DNA of 52,520 nucleotides from Neovahlkampfia damariscottae (GCA_016618085.1 JABLTG010000143.1:1-52520), one strand, 5' to 3'; shown: positions 1-12,284, counted from the first letter of the stretch. Notes: generated by a model not told the origin, from the letters alone. Numbers and translations are program-made.

Positions 1-126
1 CCATTACAAATTGTTTCAAATGTTGAAAAGATTTCAATTGATAAAATTGAATTTATTCAACAAATGATGAATGATCCAAATCAATTAGATTATTTATTTG
101 AATCAGCATTGAAATTAAAAAAATAA
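1..126 (+). CDS. 3' end of an unidentified gene, partial (PLQIVSNVEKISIDKIEFIQQMMNDPNQLDYLFESALKLKK*)
   Basis: Frame 1 is open from the window edge to TAA at 124-126 with protein-like composition. Confidence 0.55.
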   Translation, partial: PLQIVSNVEKISIDKIEFIQQMMNDPNQLDYLFESALKLKK

Positions 127-388
127 AATCATTTGAAATTTTTGAAATTCTTAATTGAAAAAAAAAATCGTATAAGAAATCATTTCAATTGTATTTCATG
201 TTGGAATGAAAAATTTGTTTTTGAATGTAAAGGTGATAGTTTTTTTCAAAATATGTACTGAATGATTCAATGTTGAACTTGATTTATTTGATTATGGCAT
301 ACTCTGAAATAATGGGTTGTTGCGGATTGTTAAGAATAAACTTTATTTGTGAAATATTTATCAGATGAGATGCCATTTTTTTTGCCTT

Positions 389-2232
389 TCAAATGAACTC
401 AAAATGTATATCCATCACCGTTTGAACTTTTGATATCATTGGAAAGTGGGAATGAAACTTTCGGTAAAAATGATTTCTTGCTGTTATTTTTCTGATGAAA
501 TGATCTGCTTTTGTTTCATTTCCTGTTGGTATTCAGTTAGAAACAATCTATTTCTTACCATTGAACTCTAACTTTTCTAAATTCCAATTTTCCTTCAAAC
601 TCAACGCAATTAACTTCCTTCCTTCAACATCTACATTACACCCTGAAAATTTAAATTCAAATATTAACATACACCTAATATCAAGCAATTTTAGACTTTG
701 GTTTACTTTCAATGTTTGTGCAAGGATCTCACATGTACTTGTAGTGAATGAATTTGCATAAAGAAACAATTCCTTCAAATGTTTGTTTTTTTGAAGAGAT
801 TTTATGACTGGTTCACATTCTGATTGTTTCAATATATTATCTAACGTATTCAATGAATCAATATTCTTATGTCTTACTGCTGATATTCAATGATTCCAAT
901 CTTTCATTTGTTTCCAATGCAACTCCAATTGAAGAACAAAATTTCAAACCTATTCTATTATCTATATAACTTTAGTTTTTTATATATTACTAGGGAGATT
1001 CAATTTTCTTAGGGAATGGTTCACTATCAATGCATCTCCTAAAATTGATGATTCATCACCTATGGAGTTCGCTGCATGAAAAATTAAAGCACTAGATAAT
1101 ATTTTACCATCCAAATATAATGATTGAAGATATTTATTTTTTCTCAAACCTAATGCAATCGATTTGCATCCTTCATCCTTTAAATCATTTTCTTTTAGAA
1201 ATTTAGTTTGTTTGGATTGCTATTACTTTCCAAGAATAAAAATTGAAGAGTTTTATTTTTCTTCAACATCTTTCCAATGGCTTCTCCACCAAGTTTTCCA
1301 ATATTATTCCCTTTTGAAAAAATAGAATTTTACAAAAGAATGAAAGTACCTGAAAGACTCAAATTTTTCAATGAACTATTTTTCTCTAATGCATCGCATA
1401 TTAAACGACATCCAAGAGAATCTATTGCATTCACTATTGAATTAGTTGTTATTTTATTACTTCCGAGGTTCAATTCCGACAGGGAGACATTTTTTTCAAA
1501 CATTAATTTTATTGCAGCACAACCAAGATTACCAATTTTATTTCCTTTGAAACAATTTATTCTGAAATTGTTTGGATTACCTTCAATGTTCAATTTCCTA
1601 ATTGAATTTTTCATAGAAATTGATGATACTACTAAAGTTAATGCCTCATAATCTAAATCATTGTCTATAGGTTGTTTTTGAATTGAAAAATAAATTACTT
1701 TGAATATTCAAAATTCTTAATGAATTGTTGGTTTCAATTGCTTTTGATATAGCTTCACATCCTTTAAATCCGATTTTATTGACTATTGAAAAGATTAAAA
1801 AAATCAAAATTGTTACAACTCAGATTCAACTCCTGCAAAGAATAATTTTTCATCAATCCTTTTACAATATCAACACATGCTATATCATTAATATTATTTG
1901 CTTTTGAAAATGAAATTTTTTAATTTCTTACATTTCAAATTTAATGTTTCCAATGAGAAATTTTTTTCAAGTGAGTATCCAATTGCTTTCCAGGCTTTTT
2001 TTGAAAATATTTGATCTAATTGATATTAATTAATCCAAAAATATACGAGGAAGACTTAAGTTTAAAAGATTATTTTTCAACATTCCTTGAATTCCAGAAA
2101 CCAAATCGATATTCAATTTTTCTGTTTCAAAGAATTCATTGATATTAAAAGAGTCTATATTTTGAGTATATTAGTATTTTTACCATCCATAGGTTTTAGT
2201 TTCAATTCATTCTGGTCTTCGACAAAACTCAT
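389..2232 (-). CDS. RNI/NLRC3-type leucine-rich repeat protein, 15 exons
   Basis: ATG at 2232, TGA at 389-391. Fourteen phase-1 GT-AG introns of 27-39 nt give a continuous frame of 28-aa LRRs (NxIGxxGxxAIxxxLxxNxSLxxLNLx). ORFs 548-853 and 1330-1614 are fragments of it. Confidence 0.9.
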
Positions 2233-2412
2233 GTGGAGGTGTGTGAATTGTTTCCAGAAAATCCAATTTTATTGGTCAAAAGAACGGTATAAATTGAAAA
2301 TGAAGTAAAATTCTGAGACTTCAAGACATAGATAGTATCTTACAAGATGAAATTCATTTCTAAAAAAATCACGTTTGAAGTTACCAATGAAATTGTTCCT
2401 AAAAAACAGTAG

Positions 2413-3555
2413 ATGGAGTGGAGTGAACAATTCAAAATAGAAAAGAAAAAGAAATTACAATATGAAGAAGCATTTGATGTTGAAAAATGGTATCCATTAA
2501 TTCCTGAACATACTTTCAAAAGTGAAGTTTTAAATTTTACAATTGAAGAAGCAAAAGAGTTCACAGACTTTTACAGAACAACGTTGAACAAAAAACAAAT
2601 TGTGAATATTAAAGACTCAAAAACACTCATTCATGTTCAAGATAAAATTGACAAATCGATAAAAAACATGTTTAAAAAAAACAAAAACTGCTCTGGTGTT
2701 TTTGTCCGTTTAGGTCCAAGAAGGTTTTCTTTTGTCATTTCTGAAACTTTATTAAAGTCCAAAAGATAGTAATATTTTGTTTTATAACCTTCTTTAGCTC
2801 CAATGTTTGATGGTTATAGAATTGGCGCATGTGAAAGATTCAAGAATATTTTTAAATCAAAGATGAGGGAAAATAAGCATAGTTATGAATCTATAGAATA
2901 TAAAAATGAATTATATTTATCATTTGCTTCTTCTTTAACACAAGCGTTGAAAGTTATAAATGGAAATGAAGCAATGGATCTTTTATTGAATAGTGAAAGA
3001 GTGTTCACTGATTTGAGATCTGCAATTGATTTTTCAGAAAATTTCGACGTAAATATCATCATAAGAGAATGGAATGACTCTTTGAGATATGATTTAGAGT
3101 TCCGCTGTTTTGTATATCAAAATCAATTGAATGCAATCTCTCAATATGATTTCAATTTTTTTTCAAAAGAATTGTTGATGAAATCAGAGAAAATTAAACA
3201 AAATATATCGAATTATTTCAATAAAAATATACAAAATAAGTTGGGAAAATTGGAAAATTACGTAATTGATTTCGGGATGTCCTCCAATTTTGATGATATT
3301 TTTGTTATTGAATTGAATCCATTTAACAATGAAGAAGTATGTTTTTTTTGACACTTAAATATAAATTATCAGAGTAAAGGAACTGGTAGTTCATTATTTA
3401 ATTGGAATGATGATGATAAGATTTTAAAGAATGGTCCATTGACTATCAGAGTTACACAAGATTATCAAAAAATTCAAATCCATCCAGATTGGATTGATTT
3501 CATCAAAAAAACAGAAGAAGAAATCAAAAATGAAAATAATTGTTCAGTTCAATAA
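2413..3555 (+). CDS. Cdc123/D123-like (R2K clade) ATP-grasp protein with C-terminal CaaX (CSVQ), 4 exons
   Basis: Motifs FDVEKWY, VFVRLGPRSPKD, EFRCFVYQNQLNAISQY, VIELNPF, SSLFNW. Introns 2724-2757, 2769-2797 and 3337-3372 restore one frame ending NNCSVQ*. Confidence 0.85.
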
Positions 3556-3583
3556 ATAATTCAACTTTCATTCATCCAATCAA

Positions 3584-3985
3584 ATGTCAGAAAAACTCTC
3601 AATTTTGAAAATTTATGCCGATGAGAAAGGAGAAACACATTTTGGTTCTATTGAAGTGGAACTTGAAAATTCAGGAAAAATAGGGTAAAAAAAACAAGAA
3701 AAACAATAGTTAAAAAAAATTAGTTTTTTATCAAAACTTCAACAAGGAACAGGAATTATTTTCAGAAAGACACCTTCAGATTATGATTATGAATGGCATT
3801 GTGCTCCAAGAAAGCAATACATTATCAACTTAGATGCCAGTGTTGAAGTTGAAGTTTCAGATGGTGAAAAAAGAGTAATTCCTGCAGGTGAAATATTTCT
3901 TGTTGAAGATGTTAAAGGAAAAGGACATCAGAGTAAATCTGTTGACAACAAGGAAAGAAATTCAATTTTCATTCCAATAAATTAA
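3584..3985 (+). CDS. Small cupin-domain protein of bacterial type, missed by the ORF track
   Basis: MSEKLSILKIYADEKGETHF...[intron ~3685-3723]...YEWHCAPRKQYIINLDASVEVEVSDGEKRVIPAGEIFLVEDVKGKGHQSK: the WHxAPxxQ / EDxxGxGH cupin signature. CCAAT lies just upstream. Confidence 0.85.
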
Positions 3986-4254
3986 TTTTGTTTTAATTAT
4001 TTTTAGAATTATTGTTGTTTATTAAATAAATATCAACCTCTTGAGATTTAACAGAACAATTTGATATAATGAACTTGAAGATGACAGTTTTTATATCATG
4101 CTCTGGAGAAATAGAATGGCATAATGATGAATTGTTCAATGTCTGTGTCAGTTTTTCAATGGTTAAAATCTTGTCGAATGTGGTGAATGTAATGAATTCT
4201 CTGCTCCATACATTTTTAAAATATTGGGCTTTGTGGTAGTTAAAAGTAAACACT

Positions 4255-5517
4255 TTATTTCAAAAAATTGGAATTTTTGATTTTATCGAACATTCTGCCT
4301 TTACAATTTTCAAAATTTGTTAATTCTTCTTTGAAACCTTCATGCATGATTTTCCAAACTTGGGACACTGTTACATCTCTTTCAATTAAGAATTCATATA
4401 TTGATTGTAGTTCTTCAGTGAACTTAATGTCTCCATAAGTATGATATATCATCTGTCTTTTTGCTTGAGAAGCTGCCAAAATTTGGACCAATGACATTAC
4501 TTGTTTGTCATTGGCGTATGCTCCACATCCCCAATTTCCAGTAATTATATGTTTTTCAGAACATGTTGAAAATCCGCAAAATGCCTTGTTTAACTCACGA
4601 AGCATATTTTTTGGAATGTAAGAATTTGATTGAGGAAGAGAATCAATGGCAACAATATCAGCATCTAAATGAGTTTCTCTTTTGTAATCACCTTTATATT
4701 TAAAATTAATTCCATATCCTGAGTAATCACAAAATCTTGTAGATCCAGATATCAAAATGGATTCATCATCTTCCATCACTGAACAAAATAATAAAGAAGC
4801 TATCAATTCAGGTCTTATTGTGAACAGTATTTCTTCTTGGTAACAACCTCCTCCAAGTATTCCACCACCAATAAATTTATTTGAAAAGTCTATTTGGGTG
4901 TGGGTTTCAAAATCAAACATTGATGTTTTTCGATCTGAAATGATTTTCAATTTTGTCAGTTTTTCGGTTGATTTTTTCCAATCCACTTGATTAAATAACT
5001 TTTTTCTTTGAAATATCACATAACCCTTCAGTTCTTTTTTTGAAACAACTTCAAAATAATGAAGAATGCAATCAAGTTTTGATACGGTACTTTTGTTAAT
5101 TGAATCCAAATAAAAAATTTCAAAATTCACAATTTCTGGGAAGTTTTTTTGATTATGTAGTTGATTTCCATTTTCTAAAAGTAAAAAAAAACTGCAACTC
5201 AATAAACAACGAATTTGTAATTTTGATAATTTTAATGTTTGATTTTCTTCAGTTTTTGAAGTTCCTAAAAATTTAAGTTTTTCATTTTTTGGAAATAAAA
5301 TAGCTGCTTCAAGTACAAATTTTCGAATTTCATTTACAGTTTGAAAAAAAAACTTTTTTTTTTTTTCTTCAGAAATGTGTTCCTTTATCAGTTCAAAAGA
5401 ATAATCCATTTTTGAGATTTCATGAATTATAAGTTCCAATTCATCTATTTTTTCAATTTTGTTTGACAAAACTTTTGAAATTGTCATCCACCTGTTTTCA
5501 TCAAACAAACAAGACAT
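4255..5517 (-). CDS. PARG: Poly(ADP-ribose) glycohydrolase
   Basis: Catalytic GGG-x6-QEE motif (GGGILGGGCYQEEILF), RELNKAFCGF and TGNWGCGA; intronless. Confidence 0.93.
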   Translation of the reverse strand: MSCLFDENRWMTISKVLSNKIEKIDELELIIHEISKMDYSFELIKEHISEEKKKKFFFQTVNEIRKFVLEAAILFPKNEKLKFLGTSKTEENQTLKLSKLQIRCLLSCSFFLLLENGNQLHNQKNFPEIVNFEIFYLDSINKSTVSKLDCILHYFEVVSKKELKGYVIFQRKKLFNQVDWKKSTEKLTKLKIISDRKTSMFDFETHTQIDFSNKFIGGGILGGGCYQEEILFTIRPELIASLLFCSVMEDDESILISGSTRFCDYSGYGINFKYKGDYKRETHLDADIVAIDSLPQSNSYIPKNMLRELNKAFCGFSTCSEKHIITGNWGCGAYANDKQVMSLVQILAASQAKRQMIYHTYGDIKFTEELQSIYEFLIERDVTVSQVWKIMHEGFKEELTNFENCKGRMFDKIKNSNFLK

Positions 5518-5559
5518 TTTTGAAAAAAAATTGATGATTGGTTCTTTTTTGAATAGTAT

Positions 5560-6364
5560 TTATTCAATTTGATCTGGATAATTTATTTTTAAATATGAAA
5601 TTGTATCAATTCCAACTAACACACAGGCAAGAATATTCAAAAAATTCATAAAATCCCATGACTTCCATTTAAATTCAATTTTATCAAGAATATCACTCAA
5701 TTCCATAGTAAAATCGATTTCCCCAAAATGATCATATCCAAAACTTGCAATAGATTTCGCCTGGCGTTCTCCAATTTTCTTCCAAAAGCAATTCCAAAAC
5801 ACAGTAACATTACTAGAATGTGCGTAAGAACCCTCAAAGACAAATACTTCTCCATACATTGAAACTGATGCTGTAGTAATATCTTTTGAAGGATATTCAA
5901 TACTTTCGAAGTTACATTTTCCAATTTTAAAATCTATATCAAAGAGTCTTTTAATTTCTGATTTCGTCTCCATTGAAAAATTAGGTAAATCTAGTTCCAT
6001 TATATTTTGAATATCTCCTGTAATAAAATGGACTAAGTCTTGGTTTTTTCTCCAATTCTCACGAACCAATTCAGAACCTTCAATTTCACCGAGTAAATTC
6101 ATTAATGAAGTTCTTTCTTTTCTTAATATCATTCTTTGATGGTTTACCGAAAGTGTTTTCAATGTGGTATTTGAATAACAGTGACACTGGACTTTCATAA
6201 AATATTTTGTGAAAGAATTTTGAAGTTGCTTTGAAATCTTTGTATTGAAATTCTGGTAAAAACAACAGTATTTGGTGAAGTATTTCAGGTAAAAATTCTA
6301 CTTTTACCCTTAATTTTTGTACTTTTGTTCTTCCTTCTTCTTCAGTCGACTGTATTTTCAGCAT
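5560..6364 (-). CDS. F-box protein, 2 exons
   Basis: N-terminal FLPEILHQILLFLP...KATSKFF resembles an F-box. A 31-nt phase-1 intron (gtaaaccatc...aagaaaag, ~6118-6148) joins ORFs 6086-6418 and 5560-6198. Confidence 0.65.
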
Positions 6365-6456
6365 AATAATAATAAACCAATCAAAAGTTTCATTCAATAC
6401 CCAACATTGATTTCTCATTTTCGAGATATTGAAAGAAATATACTTGAAAAAGTTGG

Positions 6457-6863
6457 TCTATTTTTAGATGATTATTTTTAGACTGCCAACCAATAAAAGT
6501 GCTCTATTTTTATCAAAAAAGACAACAACCAATAATACAAACATGTCCAGCAAACAAATTTTTGTCAAAACAATTACAAACCAAACTTTAACACTTGATG
6601 TAACAGATAGTGATAAAATTGTAGATTTAAAAAAAAAGATTCAAGCAAAACAACAAATTCCATACGACCAACAAAGATTAATTTTTTCAGGAAAAGAATT
6701 GGAAGACAATAAAAGTGTAGGTGATTATAATATATCAAAAGAAAACACACTTCATCTGGTTATTAGATTGAAATAAAATTTTAAAAATTTTATTTGTACA
6801 AAACTCTATTTGTTAGTTCATCTCGTAACTTTAAATATTACACCTCCTGGTAATCATTGTTTT
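6457..6863 (+). repeat. ~400-bp segment duplicated in inverted orientation at 36906-37313
   Basis: Near-identical reverse-complement match covering promoter, Ubl CDS, 3' UTR and the last codons of the neighbouring TVP38 gene. Confidence 0.95.
6543..6776 (+). CDS. Ubiquitin-like protein, 77 aa, without C-terminal GG (copy 1)
   Basis: QIFVKT...[17 protein letters not shown]...TLHLVIRLK*; two CCAAT boxes upstream. Confidence 0.9.
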   Translation: MSSKQIFVKTITNQTLTLDVTDSDKIVDLKKKIQAKQQIPYDQQRLIFSGKELEDNKSVGDYNISKENTLHLVIRLK

Positions 6864-7760
6864 CAATTAATGTTTCTTTCTCACCATCATTAATTGCATT
6901 TTGATCATTTTCTTCATTTTCTTGTGCTTGTTGTTCTTTCAATGCTTCTTGACTTGCTTTATACTTATTGAAGTATTTTCTTGCCACAATTCCAACTAAA
7001 ACAAAAGCAACAAACAAGAAAAATCCAGAACATCCGTAAATGATCAATTGGACCCACCATTCATCACCTTTGACTCTTCCAGCAACAATATCAGCAATAG
7101 ATCCTGCAGATATACCAATGTACACATAAATAATAGATCTAGGTAACATACCCAAGAATGTACAAATCACAAATGTCAACCAATCAATATCAGTTATGGT
7201 CAACAAATAATTCAGCAAAGTAAATGGAATCAAAGGAATCAATCTTAAAATCAAAACCATTTTCCATCCTTCATCTTTGATGGCTTTGTCAATAAATTGT
7301 AATTTTGGATAGTTTTCAATTTGACGAACAATAATACTTCTGAAAAATAGTCTACCAACCATAAAAGCACAAAAAGCTCCTAAAGTTTGACCTATTGCAG
7401 TTACAATCATTCCATAATAACCCCAAATCATTCCAGATGAAAAAGTCAAAACCAAATAAAATGGTAAATAACACGTTATGATAATCATGTATAATAACAA
7501 CATTGCTAAAACTCCTTTGACTCCTGAACCTTTTGCCCATTCTAATGCAATCTTAAAAAAATTTAAAACCTTTTTTTTCTTACTGAAATGTAATACAAAA
7601 TTTGTTTGTTAAAAACTGCTCCAATGGTAATCACAACTGATATCAAAATTATTGAAGCTATTATTTGTAGCCATGTTTTCCATGTCCAAGACTTTATCCA
7701 TTTGAATATTCTTTTTGGAACTAAGATGATCCATTTACCAACTTCATGTAAAAAGCTCAT
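6838..7760 (-). CDS. TVP38/TMEM64 family (SNARE-associated Golgi, VTT/DedA domain) membrane protein, 2 exons
   Basis: GAFCAFMVGR and LILRLIPLIPFTLLNY motifs; a phase-0 intron at ~7553-7583 joins the two ORFs. Confidence 0.88.
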
Positions 7761-7879
7761 TTGGTTCCAAAAAATTTCTAATCATGAAATGATTGGTTAG
7801 GAGTTTTTATCAATTGAATTAGAAATAACAATTGTTCCATGCACCAAAATTTACCCGATCATCAAAAATGTTTAAATTT

Positions 7880-10597
7880 TTATTTCAAAAAGTTATCAAT
7901 ATTTTCTTTTGTTTGATTTGAAAAAAAGCAATTTTCAATGTAAGGTAAAAAGAAATCCAAATTTCCTTTGGATGGAATTAAACTTAAAAAATCTTCATTT
8001 GACAATGTTTGGGTTAAATAATCCAAGATTCTTTCATAAATATCCAAAAACTATTTGAAATTTAATCAATGAATATGAAGACTTACTTGAGATTGTTGAA
8101 TGGTTTCTAATAGAAATTTCCAATCCTTCAATTCTTTACAAATTTCTTTTGAATAATCAATCATTAAATTTGGTTGTTTATCTAAAATTAAAGTGATTTT
8201 ATCTTCAAATTTATTTAATGTTAATAAATTTAAACAAATAAATTCATCTAGAATTTCTTTTGAAACTGTTGATTTTATTTGATTTTTTTGAAGAAAACAA
8301 ATCAAACCTTCAATGTTTTGAAGTCTTTTCTTTGAATAGATATCTATTTTTTCATTGTTAATTTCATCCAACCACGAATATCTAAATTTTAAGAAATTGA
8401 ATTTTTCAGAAAATTTTTGAATTTCTTTGTCATTGAATTGTTCAATTTTTTGAGTTTTTAATTGTTCAATCATCAGTTCCATCAATTTTTCTATTAATAA
8501 ATCATTTGATTCTTGATTTAAAACAAGAAAAGAAACAAAAATTTCAGTCATGATTTTTTCAAATTTCCCTCCAATTTTCAAGAGAAATTTTGTTACTTCA
8601 GTGGAAAATTTTTTTCTAACTGAGAGTTCTAAAAAGATAAATGGGAATGATACTCTTAAAAACAATCCTAATGTTGGAATTTTTTTAAACTTTTCGTTTT
8701 CGAAAAATTGGTTTAATTGAAAATTTTCATTTTCCATTTCAAAGAACATCTCATCCTGTTTGAATAAATGATCAAAATTATCAAAAAATTGATAGACAAT
8801 TTCTTCATTTTTTGAAATCAAATGTTTCAGATATTTTTCAGATTTTTCTAATTTTCCCGTCTTCAAATTTAACAAAAACAAAAGGAACCAATCAATTTCA
8901 CCCTTGTCAAAATCATCTTTTTCTAATAAAGAAATCAAATGTTCATTTGAATAACTAATTAATTTTTGATTTAAAATTAATTTTGAAAGTTGATCTTTTT
9001 CAAATTTAAAAAATAAATTCAAAATCAAATCTGAAATTGGTTGGTTGAATTTGTTTTGATTTTTTTTATTCAAAATCAATTTGAAATATTGAAATAAATA
9101 TTCATCTTCATTTTCAAATTCCTTCAAAATGTCATTTAAATCCAAATTTGATTTAGAAAAATAAATTGCTGCTTTCTGTTTGTCTTTCTCAATTTTAGCA
9201 ACTAGACCGAATGAATTTTGAAGTAAAGCATTGTAATTATCAAATTTAACTTTATAATTCAAGTTTTTGAAATTTGATTCTTTGAATTTTTTGAATGAAT
9301 CAAAATATTTTGATTTGATCATTTGATGAGATTCTTGAATCAAATTTTCATAATTTTTCATATTTGATTGTTTAATAGAAGCAGCTGAATCTAAAATCTC
9401 TTCATAAACTTCAATAAAATTATAAATGTTCAAAATGTAAATATTGTAATCTGAACGATTTGTTGTTTCACTAATTGACAACAAGTACAAAATAGAGTTG
9501 GTTGCTGAAATAGAATTGACATTTATATATTGAATAGTTCTTAAAAGACATCCATTTGATGTTCCAAATATTGAATAAACTTCTAAACAAGTCTTTGAAA
9601 TAGAAAAGAAATAAGTTGAATTCATTTCTGTAAATAAACTCTCCTGATCAAATTGAAATTCATTAATCAACTTTAAGGTTATTAAATCATAAATGTATCC
9701 TTTTTTTGATGAATTAATTATTAAATTCATTTCATTGGATGTTTCAAAAAAATCATTTTCAATATCTCTATTTAAAAAGTGAACAGAGATGATTTGATTC
9801 ATTTTTTTGAAATGTTTGTGTAATACATGAATAACTGATGATAATTCTGTCTCTTTAACAATTTTGATTTTTTGATCAATTACTAATGATTCTCCTAATA
9901 AATCAAATTCATAATGTTTTGTTTCAAGATTTTGACAAAAACTTGGTTCTGGATTTTTTGTATTTTTATTAAATCTGAATTCAATTTCTTTTGTTTTATT
10001 CATTTTCTCTTTTTCAATTTTCAAAACTCGAAAGTCATTTTCACTTCCATAACAAATGTAATTTTGATGAAGTTTTAAAATTTTCAAATTCCAAGCAGTG
10101 ATAATTTCTAGAATACATTCTATTTGTATATGTTGTTGTTGTTGGTTTTGGTTTGAAAATTCATCAGTTTTTAAAAATTTCCATAAAAAAATTTTGCCGT
10201 CTAATGAGCTCAAAATTTGGTTTGTTTCTTTGCAAATAGAGATCAAATCAACTTTCTTTGGAAGAGTATAAACTGGTATTCTTGTAATTTGTCTCTTTTC
10301 ATCCCAAAAAAGATGGTAGATTCTACAGACTCTCTGAACTTCGTTCTTTTCAATGGTGACCAGTCTTTTTAATTTTGGTAGATAATGAATACTTTCAACT
10401 TGACTCCAAATTGTATTGAATTCATAAATCTGATTGAAGTTATTCATAGTTTTATGAGAAGCATAACATTTAATTGTTCCGTTTGTCAATCCAACAAAAA
10501 AAATTCCTTCTGAAGATTCAATGCATTTCGGTTCAACTTTTGGGCAGACTATATTTTGTTCTGAAAAAATTGTCAACTTTACAAACTTTTTAGACAT
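7880..10597 (-). CDS. HPS3: BLOC-2 complex subunit HPS3 homologue, 2 exons
   Basis: N-terminus FSEQNIVCPKVEP...FNTIWSQVESIHY...LVTIE...RIY and last exon FLSLIPSKGNLDFFLPYI resemble HPS3 N- and C-terminal motifs. Intron ~8052-8087. Confidence 0.75.
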
Positions 10598-10748
10598 TCC
10601 AACTTTTTCAACCAATGAAATCAAAAAATTTCTGGGTGAAAATAAATTGAGAATAAAAAGGAATTTAAATCAAAATAATTTTGTTTAGTTTTTTATTTCG
10701 TTTTATTGGTTGTTTTTTTCAATTTTATTTTTTTACACTCCTTCAGTC

Positions 10749-11343
10749 ATGACAGACACCAAAAACATTCTTGATCGTTCAATAACCAAAAAAAAGAATT
10801 CAAATGAAGTTGCTCTTGCTTCTTTTTCATTTTTATTCTCAGAAATGATACAATACTCACAAGGAAGAGTAAATCAAACAAATGAATTACAAGTAAAACT
10901 TTACGATTTTGGTTATCAAATTGGAACTAAATTCTATGAACTATCAGCTTTCAGAGAAAAAAATATTAAAAGAGAAACAAAAATAACAAACATTTTATAT
11001 TATATTCAAACCAACCTCTGGAAAACATTATACGGAGAAAAAGCAGATGCTCTTGAAAGAAGTGAAAAAGAAACAGATTGTAAAAAAAAAAAAAAAAAAA
11101 ATTTAAATTTAAATAGATATGATCTATGAACAATCTCCTTTAATTACAAAATTTATTTCTGTGCCAAAAGAATTGGACAGTTTAAAATGTGAATATTTTA
11201 ATGCTGGTATAATTAAAGGTGTTTTAGATTCAGCTGAATTTCCATCTACAGTTCAAGTTTTAAAAAGTCCAAAAAACTGGATTGTTTATTTTATAACTTT
11301 TGATGATAAAGTCATGAAAAGAGAAGCAAATTTAAATTCATAA
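10749..11343 (+). CDS. TRAPPC5: TRAPP complex subunit 5 (Trs31), 2 exons
   Basis: EVALASFSFLFSEMIQY, LWKTLYGEKADALE and FISVPKE...AGIIKGVL; one poly-A-rich intron at ~11080-11116. Confidence 0.93.
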
Positions 11344-11356
11344 AAAATTTTATTTA

Positions 11357-11821
11357 TTAAGATGTATAACTAAATTCTCTATCTTTGAATTGTCTTGATA
11401 TTTGGTCTTCATTAAATTTTATAAAACTGTTATATTGTTGTTGAAGTAAGTTTTGTACAAGTTCATTATAAGTATCACGTAAATCGCTTTCTCTTTCTTC
11501 GAGAATTGATTTTACTTCATCTTCTGTGTATAATTTTTCATTTTTTCTTTTTTTATTTTTTATGTGGTTTTCTAAATTTTTGAGTGGGAGAACCTCTTCT
11601 GATGAAGGAATATATTGAGTTTTTGATCGATAAGCAATATTTTCAGTGACTGTTTTGACACGTTTTGATGGGTTTGGTTCTTCTTCCATCAAGTCAGCAC
11701 TTTGATCTAATTGAGAATTCGTTGGTGACGAACTGAAGGTGAAACTTGGACATTGTGGGTTTAAGTTATCAAGGTAATCACCAAAACTTCTCTTTTTTGT
11801 TTGTATTTTTAAGAATGACAT
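11357..11821 (-). CDS. AKIRIN: Akirin
   Basis: N-terminal KKRSF; C-terminal LEERESDLRDTYNELVQNLLQQQYNSFIKFNEDQI...SYTS* matches the Akirin SYxS terminus. Confidence 0.85.
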   Translation of the reverse strand: MSFLKIQTKKRSFGDYLDNLNPQCPSFTFSSSPTNSQLDQSADLMEEEPNPSKRVKTVTENIAYRSKTQYIPSSEEVLPLKNLENHIKNKKRKNEKLYTEDEVKSILEERESDLRDTYNELVQNLLQQQYNSFIKFNEDQISRQFKDREFSYTS

Positions 11822-12284
11822 AATTAAACCTTCTTGTTCTTTGTTTGTGCGCAAAAAAAAATTGAAGGAACTGAATTGTTTTTATTGGTCAAAATTTCAA
11901 CTGTATTTCTGATTTCACAGGAAATTTGAAAATGTTGTATTTCTCTAAAATAATGAGATTTTGTTCGAAATGTTGTTGACTGAATCTGGTGCAATTCCTA
12001 TTGGATAATTAATTCCATTCTCAATTCCTTCACATCAAACAATCTTCAATTTATTGAATTATGTGGTGAACTTGATCGAAAACAGTAAAACATTTATTTG
12101 TAAGTCAAAAAAATTTCCACAAATAACAAAAACCAAAATTGTCCATTTTTTCTACAAATTTGGCAGATCTGAATTCTCCTTAAAGGGAAGGGAAAATTTA
12201 AAATGGTGAACGAAACTGACTAAATTGGAATAGTCTGTTGCTTCTTTCCAAAAACCCTTCAACAAAAAAACAAGACAGCAGGTC

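Noticed and set aside
3993..4253. 86-aa minus-strand ORF downstream of PARG
   Set aside because: No ATG start, no recognisable motif and no convincing splice link to PARG.
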